A DNA stretch of 38,305 nt from Octopus bimaculoides (GCF_001194135.2 NC_068994.1:35508187-35546491); one strand, 5' to 3'; shown: positions 1 through 12,733, numbered from the stretch's first letter. Translations and numbers: made by a program. Notes: a model not told the origin generated them from the letters alone.

Positions 1-125
1 TATATATATATATATATTCATATATAAATACATACATGCATATTCAAACATACATGTTTAACTTACATTCATATATGCATACATATGTATATGTGTATGT
101 ATGTATTATTATTATTTATTCATAT

Positions 126-333
126 AAGACAGTGAGCTGGCAGAGTTGTCAGCATACTGGACAAATGCTCAGTGTTATTTTGACAGTCTTTACATTTTCA
201 GTTCAAATTTCACCCAGGTCCACATTGCCTCTCAGCCTTTCAGAGTCAATAAAATAAGTACCAGTTGAGCAGTGCAGCTGATGTAATGTAGCCCCTCCCC
301 ACAAAAATTTCAGTACTATTGTAAAAAGAATTA
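126..333 (+). mobile_element. tRNA-derived SINE, working family B, decayed full-length copy
   Basis: A-box-like TGGCAGAGTTG, B-box-like GTTCAAATTTC, core GTCAATAAAATAAGTACCAGTT; reverse complement of the copies at 13646-14801, 23999-24956 and 27294-27620. Confidence 0.8.
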
Positions 334-756
334 TATATATATATGTGTGTATATATATATATATATATGTCATTACTTTTTCAGTTGGCAGAAGTTACAA
401 AGTGACTCAAAGACAAGTATTTTAGAGGAGTAATAATCATGTGTAGCACTATTTCATTATTTATATTTGTATGTGTATTATAAATAATCATACATAAACA
501 CTAACTAAAGAATCATGAGTGGTTAGCTTAATCAGGCTGTTTGTCATAGCCAACCACTGTTTCTGCAAATTTAAAAGCCACCCTTGACCCACACAATGCT
601 GTATTAACAGTGTTATAGGTTCTCAAGCAAAGCAATTTATGGGAAATTAAAAGCTCTTACACAAAAATGTCCTTCCATTATGACTGTGTTAATCTGTTTT
701 TATTCAGGAAGGTTTTCATAATCAATAATTTTTATCAAAACTTCTTCAAATAGAGT

Positions 757-1218
757 GAGTATAGGTGTGTGGTTAGAAGTTTGCTTCCCAACCACATGGC
801 TCTGGGTTCAGTTCACAGCATAGCTTCTCAGACAATTGTCTTCTACTATATCCTTGTGCCACCCAAAGACTTGTGAGTGGATTTGAGGGATGGAAACCAA
901 AAGAAGTCCATCATATATATATATATATATATTCTTTTATTCTTTTCTTTTTCTTTTACTTGTTTCAGTCATTTGACTGCAGTCATGTATGTATGTATGT
1001 GTCTTTGTGTTCGTGCTGTGTTTGTCCTGTACCAATACCTGGCAATCAGTGTTGATTTGTTTATATCCCCTCAACTTAGTGGTTCAACAAAATAGACCAG
1101 TAAAATAGGTGCCAGTTTCTAAAAATAAAAAGTACTGGGGACAATTTGCTCACCAGAATCCTTCAAGGTGGTGCTCCAGCATGACTATAGTCCAATCACT
1201 AAAACAAGTAAAAGGTAA
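757..1218 (+). mobile_element. tRNA/CORE-type SINE, working family A, with an inverted A 3'-end fragment (933-988) inside its central microsatellite
   Basis: Head GGTGTGTGGTTAGAAG...GGGTTCAGTTC, 3' part GGTGCTCCAGCATG...AAACAAGTAAAAG matches 22799-23205; 933-988 is the reverse complement of the A 3' end. Confidence 0.8.
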
Positions 1219-1276
1219 ACAACAAGAGATATGTGCATGCATTCACTCACTCTCTTTCTCTCTCACACGCACATAT

Positions 1277-1311
<35 letters not shown>

Positions 1312-1631
1312 GTATACTATAACACATATATATCTAGATTCTGAGTCAAAACTTCAAATAAAGACAAAGGTAAATATCTTCTCTGTATATGTGGTATCAT
1401 AGTATTTGTTTGTTGACAACGGTTCAGATCACAAGACCAGTCATGGTTCTTGGTCAGCTGCTCCATATGCTCATGCATTAAAGATGACACTGTTAAATGC
1501 AGTCATATGCAGAGTTTGCCTGCAGCTTACCAAAAAGAGATACAAGTGAACCAGTGGTTGGTCCACTGCAAACCTATGACTGATGACACCAATCTTTACA
1601 AAATGTGATACAAAATTTAGAAAATATGTAA

Positions 1632-1680
<49 letters not shown>

Positions 1681-2220
1681 NNNNNNNNNNNNNNNNNNNN
1701 NNNNNNNNNNNNNNNNNNNNNNNNNNNNNNNNNNNNNNNNNNNNNNNNNNNNNNNNNNNNNNNNNNNNNNNNNNNNNNNNNNNNNNNNNNNNNNNNNNNN
1801 NNNNNNNNNNNNNNNNNNNNNNNNNNNNNNNNNNNNNNNNNNNNNNNNNNNNNNNNNNNNNNNNNNNNNNNNNNNNNNNNNNNNNNNNNNNNNNNNNNNN
1901 NNNNNNNNNNNNNNNNNNNNNNNNNNNNNNNNNNNNNNNNNNNNNNNNNNNNNNNNNNNNNNNNNNNNNNNNNNNNNNNNNNNNNNNNNNNNNNNNNNNN
2001 NNNNNNNNNNNNNNNNNNNNNNNNNNNNNNNNNNNNNNNNNNNNNNNNNNNNNNNNNNNNNNNNNNNNNNNNNNNNNNNNNNNNNNNNNNNNNNNNNNNN
2101 NNNNNNNNNNNNNNNNNNNNNNNNNNNNNNNNNNNNNNNNNNNNNNNNNNNNNNNNNNNNNNNNNNNNNNNNNNNNNNNNNNNNNNNNNNNNNNNNNNNN
2201 NNNNNNNNNNNNNNNNNNNN
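1681..2220. other. Assembly gap (540 N) preceded by a (TA)n tract
   Basis: N run; other gaps at 5921-6042, 6780-7114, 12831-13496, 18709-18858, 27621-27873, 28348-28542. Confidence 0.99.
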
Positions 2221-2665
2221 TTCTATGTGTGCCATAAATATCGCCATCCACTTAGAAAAAAATTTGTAGTTTAGAATCAGTAGTTCTTTGACTGCTATTT
2301 CTAAATTTTCAGTATGTTGGAGAAGCAACTCGATGCTAATCCCTGTATATATATGATGATAAATGATTTTACCGATAAAGGTTTTTTCATACTGAACTAC
2401 TTGGCAAAATTGTTAATTATTAATTCTATTACTAATTGACGATTCCCTGCCCTTATTCTTGTATATATATATATATATATATATATATGACTGTGTTAAT
2501 CTATATATGTGCTAATTTATATATAATAATATGTGTTAATCTATATATATATATATATATATATATAAGTTCTAATTCTTAAGGTGCTTCTCCAGATATA
2601 GCCAACATGTATTTGAGGTTGAAGAAGAACAGAGCAAGAAGAAAATACATCAGCTTGTGTATATG

Positions 2666-3070
2666 CTCTTTTGCTCTTTTGCTTGTTTCAGTCATCTGAC
2701 TGCGGCCATGCTGGAGCACCGCCTTTAGTCGAGCAAATCGAACCCAGGACTTATTCTTTGGAAGCCTAGTACTTATTCTATCAGTCTCTTTTGTCGAACC
2801 ACTAAGTTACGGGGACGTAAACACACCACCTTTGGTTGTCAAACGATGTTGGGGGGGATAAACACAGAGACACAAACATATACACACACACACATGCATA
2901 TATATATATATATACGACGGGCTTCTTTCAGTTTCCGTCTACCAAATCCACTCACAAGGCTTTGGTCAGCCCGAGGCTATAGTAGAAGACACTTGCCCAA
3001 GGTTCCACGCAGTGGGAATGAACCCGGAACCATGTGGTTGGTAAGCAAGCTACTTACCACACAGCCACTC
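2666..3070 (-). mobile_element. SINE family A, near full-length, well conserved
   Basis: Colinear reverse complement of 22799-23205, including the central (CA)/(TA) tract. Confidence 0.9.
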
Positions 3071-3278
3071 ATATATATGGATATATGATTTTGTGTTTCT
3101 ATGCATGTGTATATATGTGTGTGTGTGAGAGAGAACAAGGTGATGTGTAATAGCTTAATCCTATTACGTGTATATATAAATATTTGCATCATTTTGTTAT
3201 GTATGAGTATGTGTAAGTGTGTATGAGTGTGTGTGTGTAAACATATAATGCATTTATATATGATTTTATGCATACATG

Positions 3279-3321
<43 letters not shown>

Positions 3322-3342
3322 TGTGTGTGTATATATATACAT

Positions 3343-3470
3343 CTTTTATTTGTTTCAGTCATTGAACTCTGGCCATGTTGGGGCTCTGCCTTGAAGGGTT
3401 TAGTTGAGCGAATTGACCCCAGTACTTAGTTTTGAAGCCTGGTATTTATTCTATTGGTCTCTTATGCTGA
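3343..3470 (-). mobile_element. SINE family A, 3' fragment
   Basis: TTGTTTCAGTCATTGAACTCTGGCCATG...GACCCCAGTACTTA matches the A 3' part. Confidence 0.75.
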
Positions 3471-3980
3471 TCAATATATCCATCTATCTATTTTTCTCAG
3501 TTCGTCTCTCCCCTTCTTTCTCACTCATATTTATAAATATATAGATAATTTATATATTCATTGTGCGTGTATATATATAAGTTATAAAAATGTATTATAT
3601 TATATATGTAAATGTATATATATTTATTATATTTATATAAAATATATATATATATACATATTCATTCGCCTGTGCACACATGCAATAACAATAACCTCTC
3701 TACAGAGGAATCTATCCATCATTTAGAATTTATTACAACAGAAATCCATTCCATATGTAAGTGTGTGTGTGTAAAAGGAATCCATAATAATGTAGAAGTT
3801 CTCAAGTCTTAAAGCATAACTCAAGTAGTTGCCACTGGGGAATCACTTATTTGAACTTGGAACAGATTGCTTGGCAACCATCAAGTTAAGACAAATAAAC
3901 TATGTGCTGTGTATCTGTAACTGTGAAAAAAAAAAAGCAATAAAAAATAAAAATATATAGATGAATCATTGTCATAATTT

Positions 3981-4275
3981 GGTGCAGGCATGGCTGTGTG
4001 GTTAAGAAGCTGTTTTTGAAACCATGTGGTCTTGGGTTCAGTCCTAATCTGTGGCATCTTGGGTAACTGTCTCAAGGTTGACCAATGCCTTGTGAATGTA
4101 ACTGTGTAGAACCTGTGATATACACACATGTATGTGTGTGTGTGTGTGCTTTGTGTTTGTGCCCCACTATGCTTGACAACCAGCGTTGGTTTTTTTACAG
4201 CTCCATGACAGAGCAGTTCAGCAAAAGTGACCACTATAATAAGTACTACCTTTAAAAAATAAGTAATCATCATTT
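3981..4275 (+). mobile_element. SINE family A, 3'-incomplete
   Basis: GGTGCAGGCATGGCTGTGTGGTTAAGAAG head, GGGTTCAGTCC B box, CTTGGGTAACTGTC CORE-like segment. Confidence 0.8.
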
Positions 4276-4387
4276 TGGGATTAACTTTTTGTTTGAGAGA
4301 TAGAACTTTTTTTTACATCTGGCCAAAGACATCAGATTTCTCATCTTTGTACAACATATATAAACATATGTGCAGGCACAGCTCATC

Positions 4388-4547
4388 GGCGCAGGCGTGC
4401 CTGTGTGGTAGGAAGCTTGCTTACCAACCACATGGTTCCGGGTTCAATCCCACTGCGTGGTACATTGGGCAAGCGTCTTTTACTATAGCCTCAGGCCAAC
4501 CAAAGCCTTGTGAGTGGATTTGGTAGATGGAAACTGAAAGAAGCCTG

Positions 4548-4619
<72 letters not shown>

Positions 4620-4838
4620 CTGTATTTGCATGTTGTGTTTGTCCCCACCACCACCATCGCTTGACAAGGAATGTTGGTGTGTTTATGTCCCCATAATTTA
4701 GCAGTTCGGCAAAAGTGACTGATAGAATAAGTGCTAGGCTTACAAAGGATAAGTCCTGGGATTGATTTGTTCAACTAAAGACAGTGCTCCAGCATGGCTG
4801 CAGTCAAATGACTGAAAGAAATATAAAAATAAAAGAAT
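4388..4838 (+). mobile_element. SINE family A, full-length
   Basis: GGCGCAGGCGTGCCTGTGTGGTAGG head, GGGTTCAATCCC B box, central (TA)n(TG)n, 3' CAGTCAAATGACTGAAA. Confidence 0.9.
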
Positions 4839-4924
4839 ATTGAAATTCATTTTATCAAATATCAATTTCAGAAGAAGTGACCCAGAGTAATACGTTTGTT
4901 AAACAACTTCAGCAGAACAGATCA

Positions 4925-5257
4925 AACAAATCGAACCCAGTTTTTTAAAGTTTGGTACTTTTAATATTGGTTTCTTTTGCCAAACCACTAAGTTACAGGG
5001 ATATAAACAAACCAGAACCAGTCATCAACTGGTGCACAAGGGAAAAAAACACAAATACAAAGACACACAAACACACATACACATACATATGCACATGATG
5101 TTGAACATCTGTCCTGCTCTGATCTACCAAATTTACTCATCAGGCATTGGCAACCCGGACCCATGTTTGAAGACATCTGCCCAACATGATATACAATGTG
5201 GGACTGAACCTGAAACCATGTGGTTCAAAAGTAAGCTTCTTAACCACTCAACCATAC
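4925..5257 (-). mobile_element. SINE family A, decayed
   Basis: Reverse complement of A middle and head (GGGACTGAACCTGAAACCATGTGG...AAGCTTCTTAACCAC). Confidence 0.75.
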
Positions 5258-5551
5258 ATATGCCATTGTATACAAAATTATTCAGCCTCTCTCAAGCTTC
5301 ACACTATAATATTCATTGGCTTAGACCACCAGTGCTAGCAGTTTTTCTTTTAACCTATGATGTGGGGGTGGGAAGGGGGTTTGTCGGGGTGGCCTACTTA
5401 AAACCACAGAATTTGTTTTTGTTAGGGGCAAGGGACATAAATTCCAACAAAGATTCTATTTTTTGAAAATTCTAATTGAAAACTCCAGTAAAATTAATAA
5501 AGTTGGGGTGGGGGTGGAGCTCTTTCTGAAATGTCAGACTCCTTCTCTACC

Positions 5552-5660
5552 CACATCATTATCATCATCATCATTATGATGACCACCATCACCACCATTA
5601 CCCTCCTCTTCCTCTCCTCCTCCTCCTTATCATCATCTTCTTTATCATCATCATCATGTC
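5552..5660. repeat. Degenerate (CAT)n/(CCT)n trinucleotide tract
   Basis: Read directly. Confidence 0.85.
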
Positions 5661-5796
5661 AGTAACTTATTCTGCTTTTTGAACTGTGTGTATTAAATAC
5701 TGAATACACACAAAGACACACATGCATATGCAAGAATAAATACATGTGTGTATGGGTATATATATGTATACATATGTGTGTGTGTATATACATAAC

Positions 5797-5808
5797 TATA
5801 TATATATA

Positions 5809-5858
<50 letters not shown>

Positions 5859-5861
5859 AAT

Positions 5862-5910
<49 letters not shown>

Positions 5911-5920
5911 AATATATATA
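5797..5920. repeat. (TA)n microsatellite with a periodic AAA interruption
   Basis: Repeating TAAATATATATATA(TA) units running into the gap. Confidence 0.9.
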
Positions 5921-6202
5921 NNNNNNNNNNNNNNNNNNNNNNNNNNNNNNNNNNNNNNNNNNNNNNNNNNNNNNNNNNNNNNNNNNNNNNNNNNNNNNNN
6001 NNNNNNNNNNNNNNNNNNNNNNNNNNNNNNNNNNNNNNNNNNATATATACACATACACACACATACACATACATGTGTATGAGTGTTAAGTGTGAATTTA
6101 GACTCTCAACTTTCGTAACAACTCACAAGGCGTTGTAAATTTCTACAGATTCCCAACAATATATATTCTGTATGTGTTATCTGTGCTATATATATGTATA
6201 TA

Positions 6203-6234
<32 letters not shown>

Positions 6235-6280
6235 GACATACATGTATATGCATTTGAGTGTGTGTGTTTGTTATCTGTAT

Positions 6281-6318
<38 letters not shown>

Positions 6319-7114
6319 TGTTATCTCTATTTGCAGCTAACTAAGGCTAACAACAACTGCACAGTTTCTTGTAAACTCTAATCTAATTAATGTGCACAGC
6401 ATGGTCTGATAGCACCATTATCATTACCTTTTTAAAAGTGATTAATACAGGTATGTATATTTATATGCTTCTATTGCGCACAGTCTAGTGTTATTTTTCT
6501 ATCATTTTATGTGGGTGTATGTGTATATACGTATGTGTGTGTGTGAGTGTGTATGTGTGCACATGTACATAACGAGATGTGTGTATGAGTGTGTGCATGC
6601 ATATATGCATTATTGTGAATATTGTGTGCACGTGTGTGTGTTATGTATGTTATATATATACATATATGTGAGATATACATGCAATTATGTATCTGTGTTT
6701 CACTGTATGTGCGTTGGCGTGTGTATTATGCGTGTAGTTTGTTTCTTTCTCACTTGAAGTAGGATAAGGATAAGAAATGNNNNNNNNNNNNNNNNNNNNN
6801 NNNNNNNNNNNNNNNNNNNNNNNNNNNNNNNNNNNNNNNNNNNNNNNNNNNNNNNNNNNNNNNNNNNNNNNNNNNNNNNNNNNNNNNNNNNNNNNNNNNN
6901 NNNNNNNNNNNNNNNNNNNNNNNNNNNNNNNNNNNNNNNNNNNNNNNNNNNNNNNNNNNNNNNNNNNNNNNNNNNNNNNNNNNNNNNNNNNNNNNNNNNN
7001 NNNNNNNNNNNNNNNNNNNNNNNNNNNNNNNNNNNNNNNNNNNNNNNNNNNNNNNNNNNNNNNNNNNNNNNNNNNNNNNNNNNNNNNNNNNNNNNNNNNN
7101 NNNNNNNNNNNNNN

Positions 7115-7460
7115 CATCGTCACCTTTCTGGCACTTGTGCCCATGGCATGTGTAAGGACTTTCAAGCGAGATCGTTGCCAGTACCCCTGGACTGGCTCTT
7201 GTGCGGGTGGCACATAAAATACACCATTTTGAGGGTGGCCGTTGCCAGTACCGCCTGACTGGCCTTCGTGCCGGTGGCACATGAAAGCACCCACTACACT
7301 CTCGGAGTGGTTGGCATTAGAAAGGGCATCCAGCTGTAGAAACTCTGCCAAATTAGATTGGAGCCTGGTGTAGCCATCTGGTTTCACCAGTTCTCAGTCA
7401 AATCGTCCAACCCATGCTAGCTTGGAAAGTGGATGTTAAACAATGATGATGATGATGATG
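7115..7460 (+). mobile_element. 3' part of a SINE/non-autonomous retroelement with an RTE-type end and (GAT)n tail
   Basis: GGCATTAGAAAGGGCATCCAGCTGTAGAAAC and CAACCCATGCTAGCTTGGAAAGTGGATGTTAAACAATGATGATGAT; related tail at 22385-22490; 5' part lost in the gap. Confidence 0.7.
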
Positions 7461-7739
7461 ATATGTACATAAACATATGTTATATGTGTATAAATATTGT
7501 GTGCCCCTTTGGTAAGTGTTTTTTGCTGTAGTTCCAGGCTGACCAAAGACATGATTTGATTTGATAGACAGAAGCAGTATGGAAGCCCATTATATATATA
7601 CTTCAGTTCTTCCCTGATGGTCTGTTGCTGTTAAGCATCCCATTACACTTGGAACATCCAATGCAGAGTTCCAAATAACTACAATGGTGAAATGTATGTC
7701 TCTAAAAATAATATAAACTTGTGATTATCATAATTTGTC

Positions 7740-7781
<42 letters not shown>

Positions 7782-7783
<2 letters not shown>

Positions 7784-7903
7784 TAGAATAAATACCAGGC
7801 TTAAAAAGATAAATACTGGGGTTGATTCATAGAATTAAAATTTCTTCAAGGTGGTGCCCCAGCATGGCTGGAGTCTAATAACTGAAACAAGTAAAAGATA
7901 AAA
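7782..7903 (+). mobile_element. SINE family A 3' part (head fragment at about 7503-7590)
   Basis: GATAGAATAAATACCAGGCTT...GGTGCCCCAGCATGG...GAAACAAGTAAAAGATAAAA. Confidence 0.75.
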
Positions 7904-8759
7904 GGGATCTTTTCCTTTCGATGGGCAGCTCGATTAATTCATTTTCTTTAACTAAACACTTCGAAACTTCGGATACTGGTAGAATGTGTCATTTAGAATA
8001 TATTTTACTCTCAGCATTGTTGAGAAAAGTTTCTATTTTCAAAGTTATTTCATGTTAAAGTTGTCGTATTTTGGTAATTTCAACTAATCAATGACATGTA
8101 TTCAGCTAAATAAAATTACTGCTGTTGTTTGTCAACAACAACTTCCGGTGGTGTATATTTCGTTTGTCACTGTTATTTATGACATATTTCATCTCAGTTA
8201 TGTTCGTATGAATAAACGAGTGTATCTGAAGCACATTTACTTCATGACACCACTATAATCGTTCATGCATTTCTACTGCTTTTATGTTTTTTTTCTTGTT
8301 TTCCAGCTACTATTTTCGGAAAGACTTCCTGTCCCCCTGCATTTTCTCACAAATTATTGTTTTTTTTGGGGGGGGGGTTTTTTGCCAAAAATCCAGCTTT
8401 TCGGATACGGAGATTCCAGAAAATTGCCAAATATCGGAATTTTGAAACTTTTTGCCCCCGCTCCGTCTCCCCTTCCAATTTCTTCATTTTTCACTTTTTT
8501 CCGTAACCCTAGCCCTAAAAAACAACAACACTATGAACTCATAGTTCTTAAATCTAACAAGAATAAGTGAATGGGTGCATTGGTGCAAATGGTAGCAGAC
8601 TTATCACAAAAATACAGAGGTCTGAATTCAAATCCCATACATACAAAAATCCCACTTTTTTCTGTCAAAGGCTTATATGCTCAAATATTAGACTATTTTC
8701 TTTAGTCAATACACAATGATCACTTATAAGCTTTAAGCTTACGAAATATTATTTACAAG

Positions 8760-8792
<33 letters not shown>

Positions 8793-8796
8793 ATAT

Positions 8797-9290
8797 CAAA
8801 ATACAGCTTAGGTGGTCAGGTCATCTTTCATATATGAATGATATCAGAATTCTGAAGCAACTTCCCTTTGGCCAATTCCCAACTGGAAGGTCAGTTGGAA
8901 GGTCACTCTTGCACTTCAAAGGCAAACTAAAAGACAGTCTGAAGTGATGCAACATTTCCTTTACTTCCTGGAAAAACAAAGCATCAGAATGCAGAACCTG
9001 GTGTCAGTCATGCTTCTCAGTTAAAAGATTTGAGCAAAGTTGACTCCAACATCGAGACCAACTTCGTGCATCCATGAAGGCACGTTGGCAAAATGCTGCT
9101 CCTCTAATAAATGGAAACCTTACCTGTCATTGTGGTTTTGTGGCACAAAACAAAGCAGGCCTTGCCACCCACTCGAGAGAACACAAGTCCTCAACTTGTT
9201 CCATTGGCCAAAAGGTTTTCAAGACATCAACAAGCCACAAGAGACACATTTGTGTCCATAGAACATGATAGATGCTTTATTTTACTGAAC
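8797..9290 (+). mobile_element. RTE-clade LINE, 5'-truncated 3' end with stops/frameshifts (post-RT region plus C2H2 zinc fingers)
   Basis: Translates KIQLRWSGHLSYMNDIRILKQLPFGQFPTGRSVGRSLLHFKGKLKDSLK* then ...MKARWQNAAPLINGNLTCHCGFVAQNKAGLATHSREHKSSTCSIGQKVFKTSTSHKRHICVHRT; QLRWxGH and RIPKQL-like motifs are typical of RTE C-termini. Confidence 0.85.
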
Positions 9291-9499
9291 CCTCATTTGT
9301 TGTTCATGACAAGAGAATCCATCATATGCATTATTGAAACCTGGCATGTATGTGAGTACATGTATCTGTATATGCTTATGTTTGTATGAACATGTTATAT
9401 AAAATAAAAATGAGTTTTTGTGTCTCTGTGTGTATATTCTCTCTCTCTCTCAATATATATATATATGCATAAATGCATACAGGCACATGCACACACGTA

Positions 9500-9590
9500 T
9501 GGCAGGCTTCCATAAAGTTTCCTTCTATCAAATTGACTCAGAATTCTTTGGTTGGCCCATGGCTATAATATAAAGCACTTGGTTCACTGC
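9500..9590 (-). mobile_element. SINE family A head fragment
   Basis: GGCTTCC...TTTCCTTCTATCAAAT...CTTTGGTTGGCCCATGGCTATAAT matches the reverse complement of the A head. Confidence 0.6.
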
Positions 9591-9864
9591 AGACCTCATA
9601 TAAATATGTGTATAGACACACTCACATGCATACATATTTAGACCGACAGATATCGATATACAGATATATATTGACGCATACGTATACATATATACATATT
9701 TATATACACTTACGTATCCATATGTATATATATATATATATATACATACACATACACATATAATATACACACACATATATGTGTATATATTTATATATGC
9801 ACATATATATATATCTTATATATATATACCATACATCCATACATATTTATATGTAGATTGATAG

Positions 9865-9921
<57 letters not shown>

Positions 9922-11276
9922 TGAATAAATGTATAATTCTATACCTATCTATGCGTGTGTGTGTGTGTGTGTCTGTTAGAAAAGCAACTCATTTAACAAC
10001 TATTTACTCCTTCTACTGTTTACGACCAAACTAGAAAATACAAATAGGTATAAAAACACATGCAGATATATATATATATGGATGTATGTGTGTGTGTGTG
10101 TGTGTGTGTGTGCTTATTTCGAGTTCTGTTATATATGTATGTATACACACTTATACACAATTGGAAAGTCTTTTTTTATGTTTCTTTAAGATGTTTATTT
10201 TAACTCGAAATCTATTCTGACTTCATTACTGCATGAGTAAACAGAGAGAAAACAGTATAAATGAAAACGAAAAAAATTATTTCTTGCAAGCGACATTATA
10301 GGAGTTGGCATTTTTTGTTTCTTATCAGGCACGGGAATCATTTTATAAAAAAAACTTTGGAAATTTCTGGAAAATCTAAATTTTTTACACATTTTCAGTT
10401 CTGATTTCTGACTATATTTTTCCCCCTTTTTCTTTGTTTCTCTGAGTAAGGCATGTATGTGTGTTGAGGATTCCCATTCTTCCATGCCTTGTATAACTTC
10501 CAGGTTCCAATTCCTATCTGTTTTGCATTGTGACCCATTTTGGTTAATCAATATTTCTCAATGGCCTTTTTATTTTTTAAATCTATTTCCCTGGGTTTCG
10601 CTAAATGTCTGATATTTTTCTTCTGCAAATATTCCTAAAATTTTTGTTTGCAGTAAATCTTGCATTGTATCCTTACTTATAGCTTATGTTGTTTATTGTA
10701 TATTATACAATAAGCAAAACAGTAAATTGGGGATCCACAGTAATATTTTATCCTCAAACATGGTGTTAATGAGCCAAATGTAAAATTGGAATTTTGAAAG
10801 AAGTATGTACAAAACTAGTTTATAAATATTGAATGGTTATAAGATCCACCAGAATAAAATAGTGATGATAGGGGTCCATAGCTAAAAAATGATTGAGAGT
10901 CACTGTTGTATAGCATGTTTCTGAATATTTTTGTATTTGGGCATATGCTTTAAATGCAAAATAATTGTCCTTTACAACCATTTTAGAATTGTATCATGAT
11001 CCATAAGTTGGGAACAACCAATTTGTTAATGTTTAGGTGCCTATGAAAGACATTAATTTTATTTTGCACAAGTCTTTTAGTTCTCAGTTGTATCTATAAC
11101 TCTTCAATGGTGTTGCTAGTATCTAAGAGAAAGATTTGACCACTGCAATTTCCATTTTTCTTCCCCTGTGGGAAATTGATTATTTTTGTTTTGTTGCATA
11201 CTCATATGAAATGTTTAATTTAACTTTCACATAGTTTAAGTACATGATTGAAATCACTGAAGGAAAAAAAAGAATT

Positions 11277-11706
11277 GGGGTTGCCTTAAATCCTGATGCC
11301 ACCATAAGATCTAGTCTTGATTGTGGTGTATGTGTCAGTGACCGTTAGAGCTATGCCAGTGGAGTACAAGCTCATGGTAAGGCCTCTCATCCTAGACAGG
11401 TCAAAAGATAGAGGACAGACTAATATGAACCACCTCTTCTCAGAGATAAATAGGGGCCTGCTTAGAGAAAACACCCCCACCTTGCAAAAAGCACCAGTGA
11501 CAGTTCAAAACAAAGAAGACCTGGGAGAGGAAGGTCTTCCCTTAGGGAAACATTCAACACAATGTAGTAAAACCAAGAAGGATACTGAGGCTAAGTTGAA
11601 AAATAATAGGGTTCCAACTGGAGAGAAGTAGAAAAACACAGCAGACATGAGAACAGTGGAGAAAAGGTCTAATGCACTACAGGGAGCAAAGGTCTCAAAT
11701 AAGTAA
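11277..11706 (+). mobile_element. Bipartite non-autonomous RTE derivative (5'UTR joined to ORF 3' end)
   Basis: GAGCTATGCC...GGTAAGGCCTCTCATCCTAGACAGGTCAAAAGATAGAGGACAGACTAA resembles an RTE 5'UTR; end encodes decayed DTEAKLK..GSNWREVEK..QWR..CTTGSKGLK* followed by TAAGTAA. Confidence 0.6.
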
Positions 11707-11779
11707 TGTCCTTATGGGGCTGTAGGGGTGCTGTCTTAGGTTTTTTTAAAGCCTGTTAGGGCTCCATTTTCTCCAGTTC

Positions 11780-11904
11780 TGAACAGGGATGATTTCTTCT
11801 TGGGAGAAAGAAAGATAGAAGAATTTAAACCCAGAACATAAAGAGTTAGAAGAAATGTTGTTGAGGATTTATTGATATGCTAACACTTCTGCCAGCTTGC
11901 CACT
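11780..11904 (-). mobile_element. SINE family B head, strongly decayed
   Basis: GAATTTAAACCCAGAACATAAAGA...ATGCTAACACTTCTGCCAGCTTGCCACT. Confidence 0.65.
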
Positions 11905-12132
11905 TTAACTCTTTCGTTACTGTATTTATTTTGAGATGCTCTGTGTTTCTTTCAGTTACTTTAAATATAACAAAGAATTTAGTAAAATAACTTCGTTATC
12001 ATTCAGCTAGTGTTAGGAACATAAATTGTGACTAAGGTTTGGTGGAAGATTTTAATTCAAAACATATGAAAGCAAGACATTTGTACTCAGAGCCAGAGCC
12101 AGTTTCAGCCGGGTTGGTAACAAAAGGGTTAA
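11905..12132. mobile_element. piggyBac-like MITE (element 11909-12128, TTAA target duplication)
   Basis: TTAA at 11905-11908 and 12129-12132; TIR CTCTTTCGTTAC vs reverse complement CCCTTTTGTTAC (10/12); TTAA TSD and CCC-starting TIR are piggyBac hallmarks. Confidence 0.75.
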
Positions 12133-12689
12133 GGAGACATTTAATAATGGTATTTACAGCTTGCCACTATTTAGCACCAGTTCAGTCTTGATTAAGCAAA
12201 CTTAAGATCAAAGACATCACAATCAATTAGCAAAATATTGTCCAGTTATTCTTTTTGTTCAAAAATAGTATGGTGTGGTTTGAGGGAATTCGGCTGTTAT
12301 TTCTTAGAGGTTATGACCACATTGAGGCTCCCTTATGACAGTGTATTTACAAGTATTGTGGAATGGAAAATGATAATGGTAAAAAATAATTGAGACTCAG
12401 ACTAAACCCTTGAGAAAAATGTTATCCTATCCCACACACTACCTTTCATCATTCCGCAATTAATGAAATATCTACTACTGGTGATTTACTGAAGGTCACT
12501 GCCATCAATTATATCAACTCCCTCAAGAAATGACCTGGCTGTGCCTCTGAAAAAAAATTATTCCTATTTACAATTCTCTCCCATAAGACTATCACAAAGA
12601 TAGTTCTCTGAGCTGGTACTTCAAAAAAATGACTAAGGTATCAGAAAAAACAATATGGTTAATGCCCATTGTATTTATGTATGTATGTA

Positions 12690-12733
12690 TAATATATATA
12701 TATATATATATACACATTTATACAAATATATAC

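Noticed and set aside
480-745. Probable interspersed repeat (shares TATGACTGTGTTAATCT with about 2487-2503)
   Set aside because: Only a 17-bp internal match; class and ends not supportable
7905-8570. DNA-transposon or Helitron-like sequence, including TAACCCTAGCCCTAA near 8505
   Set aside because: No termini or TSD could be defined; the motif is too short to be telomeric
10549-10905. hAT/Charlie-like MITE ending GATTGAGAGTCACTG
   Set aside because: Right end is suggestive, but the left TIR matches only about 10/14 and the 8-bp flanks differ
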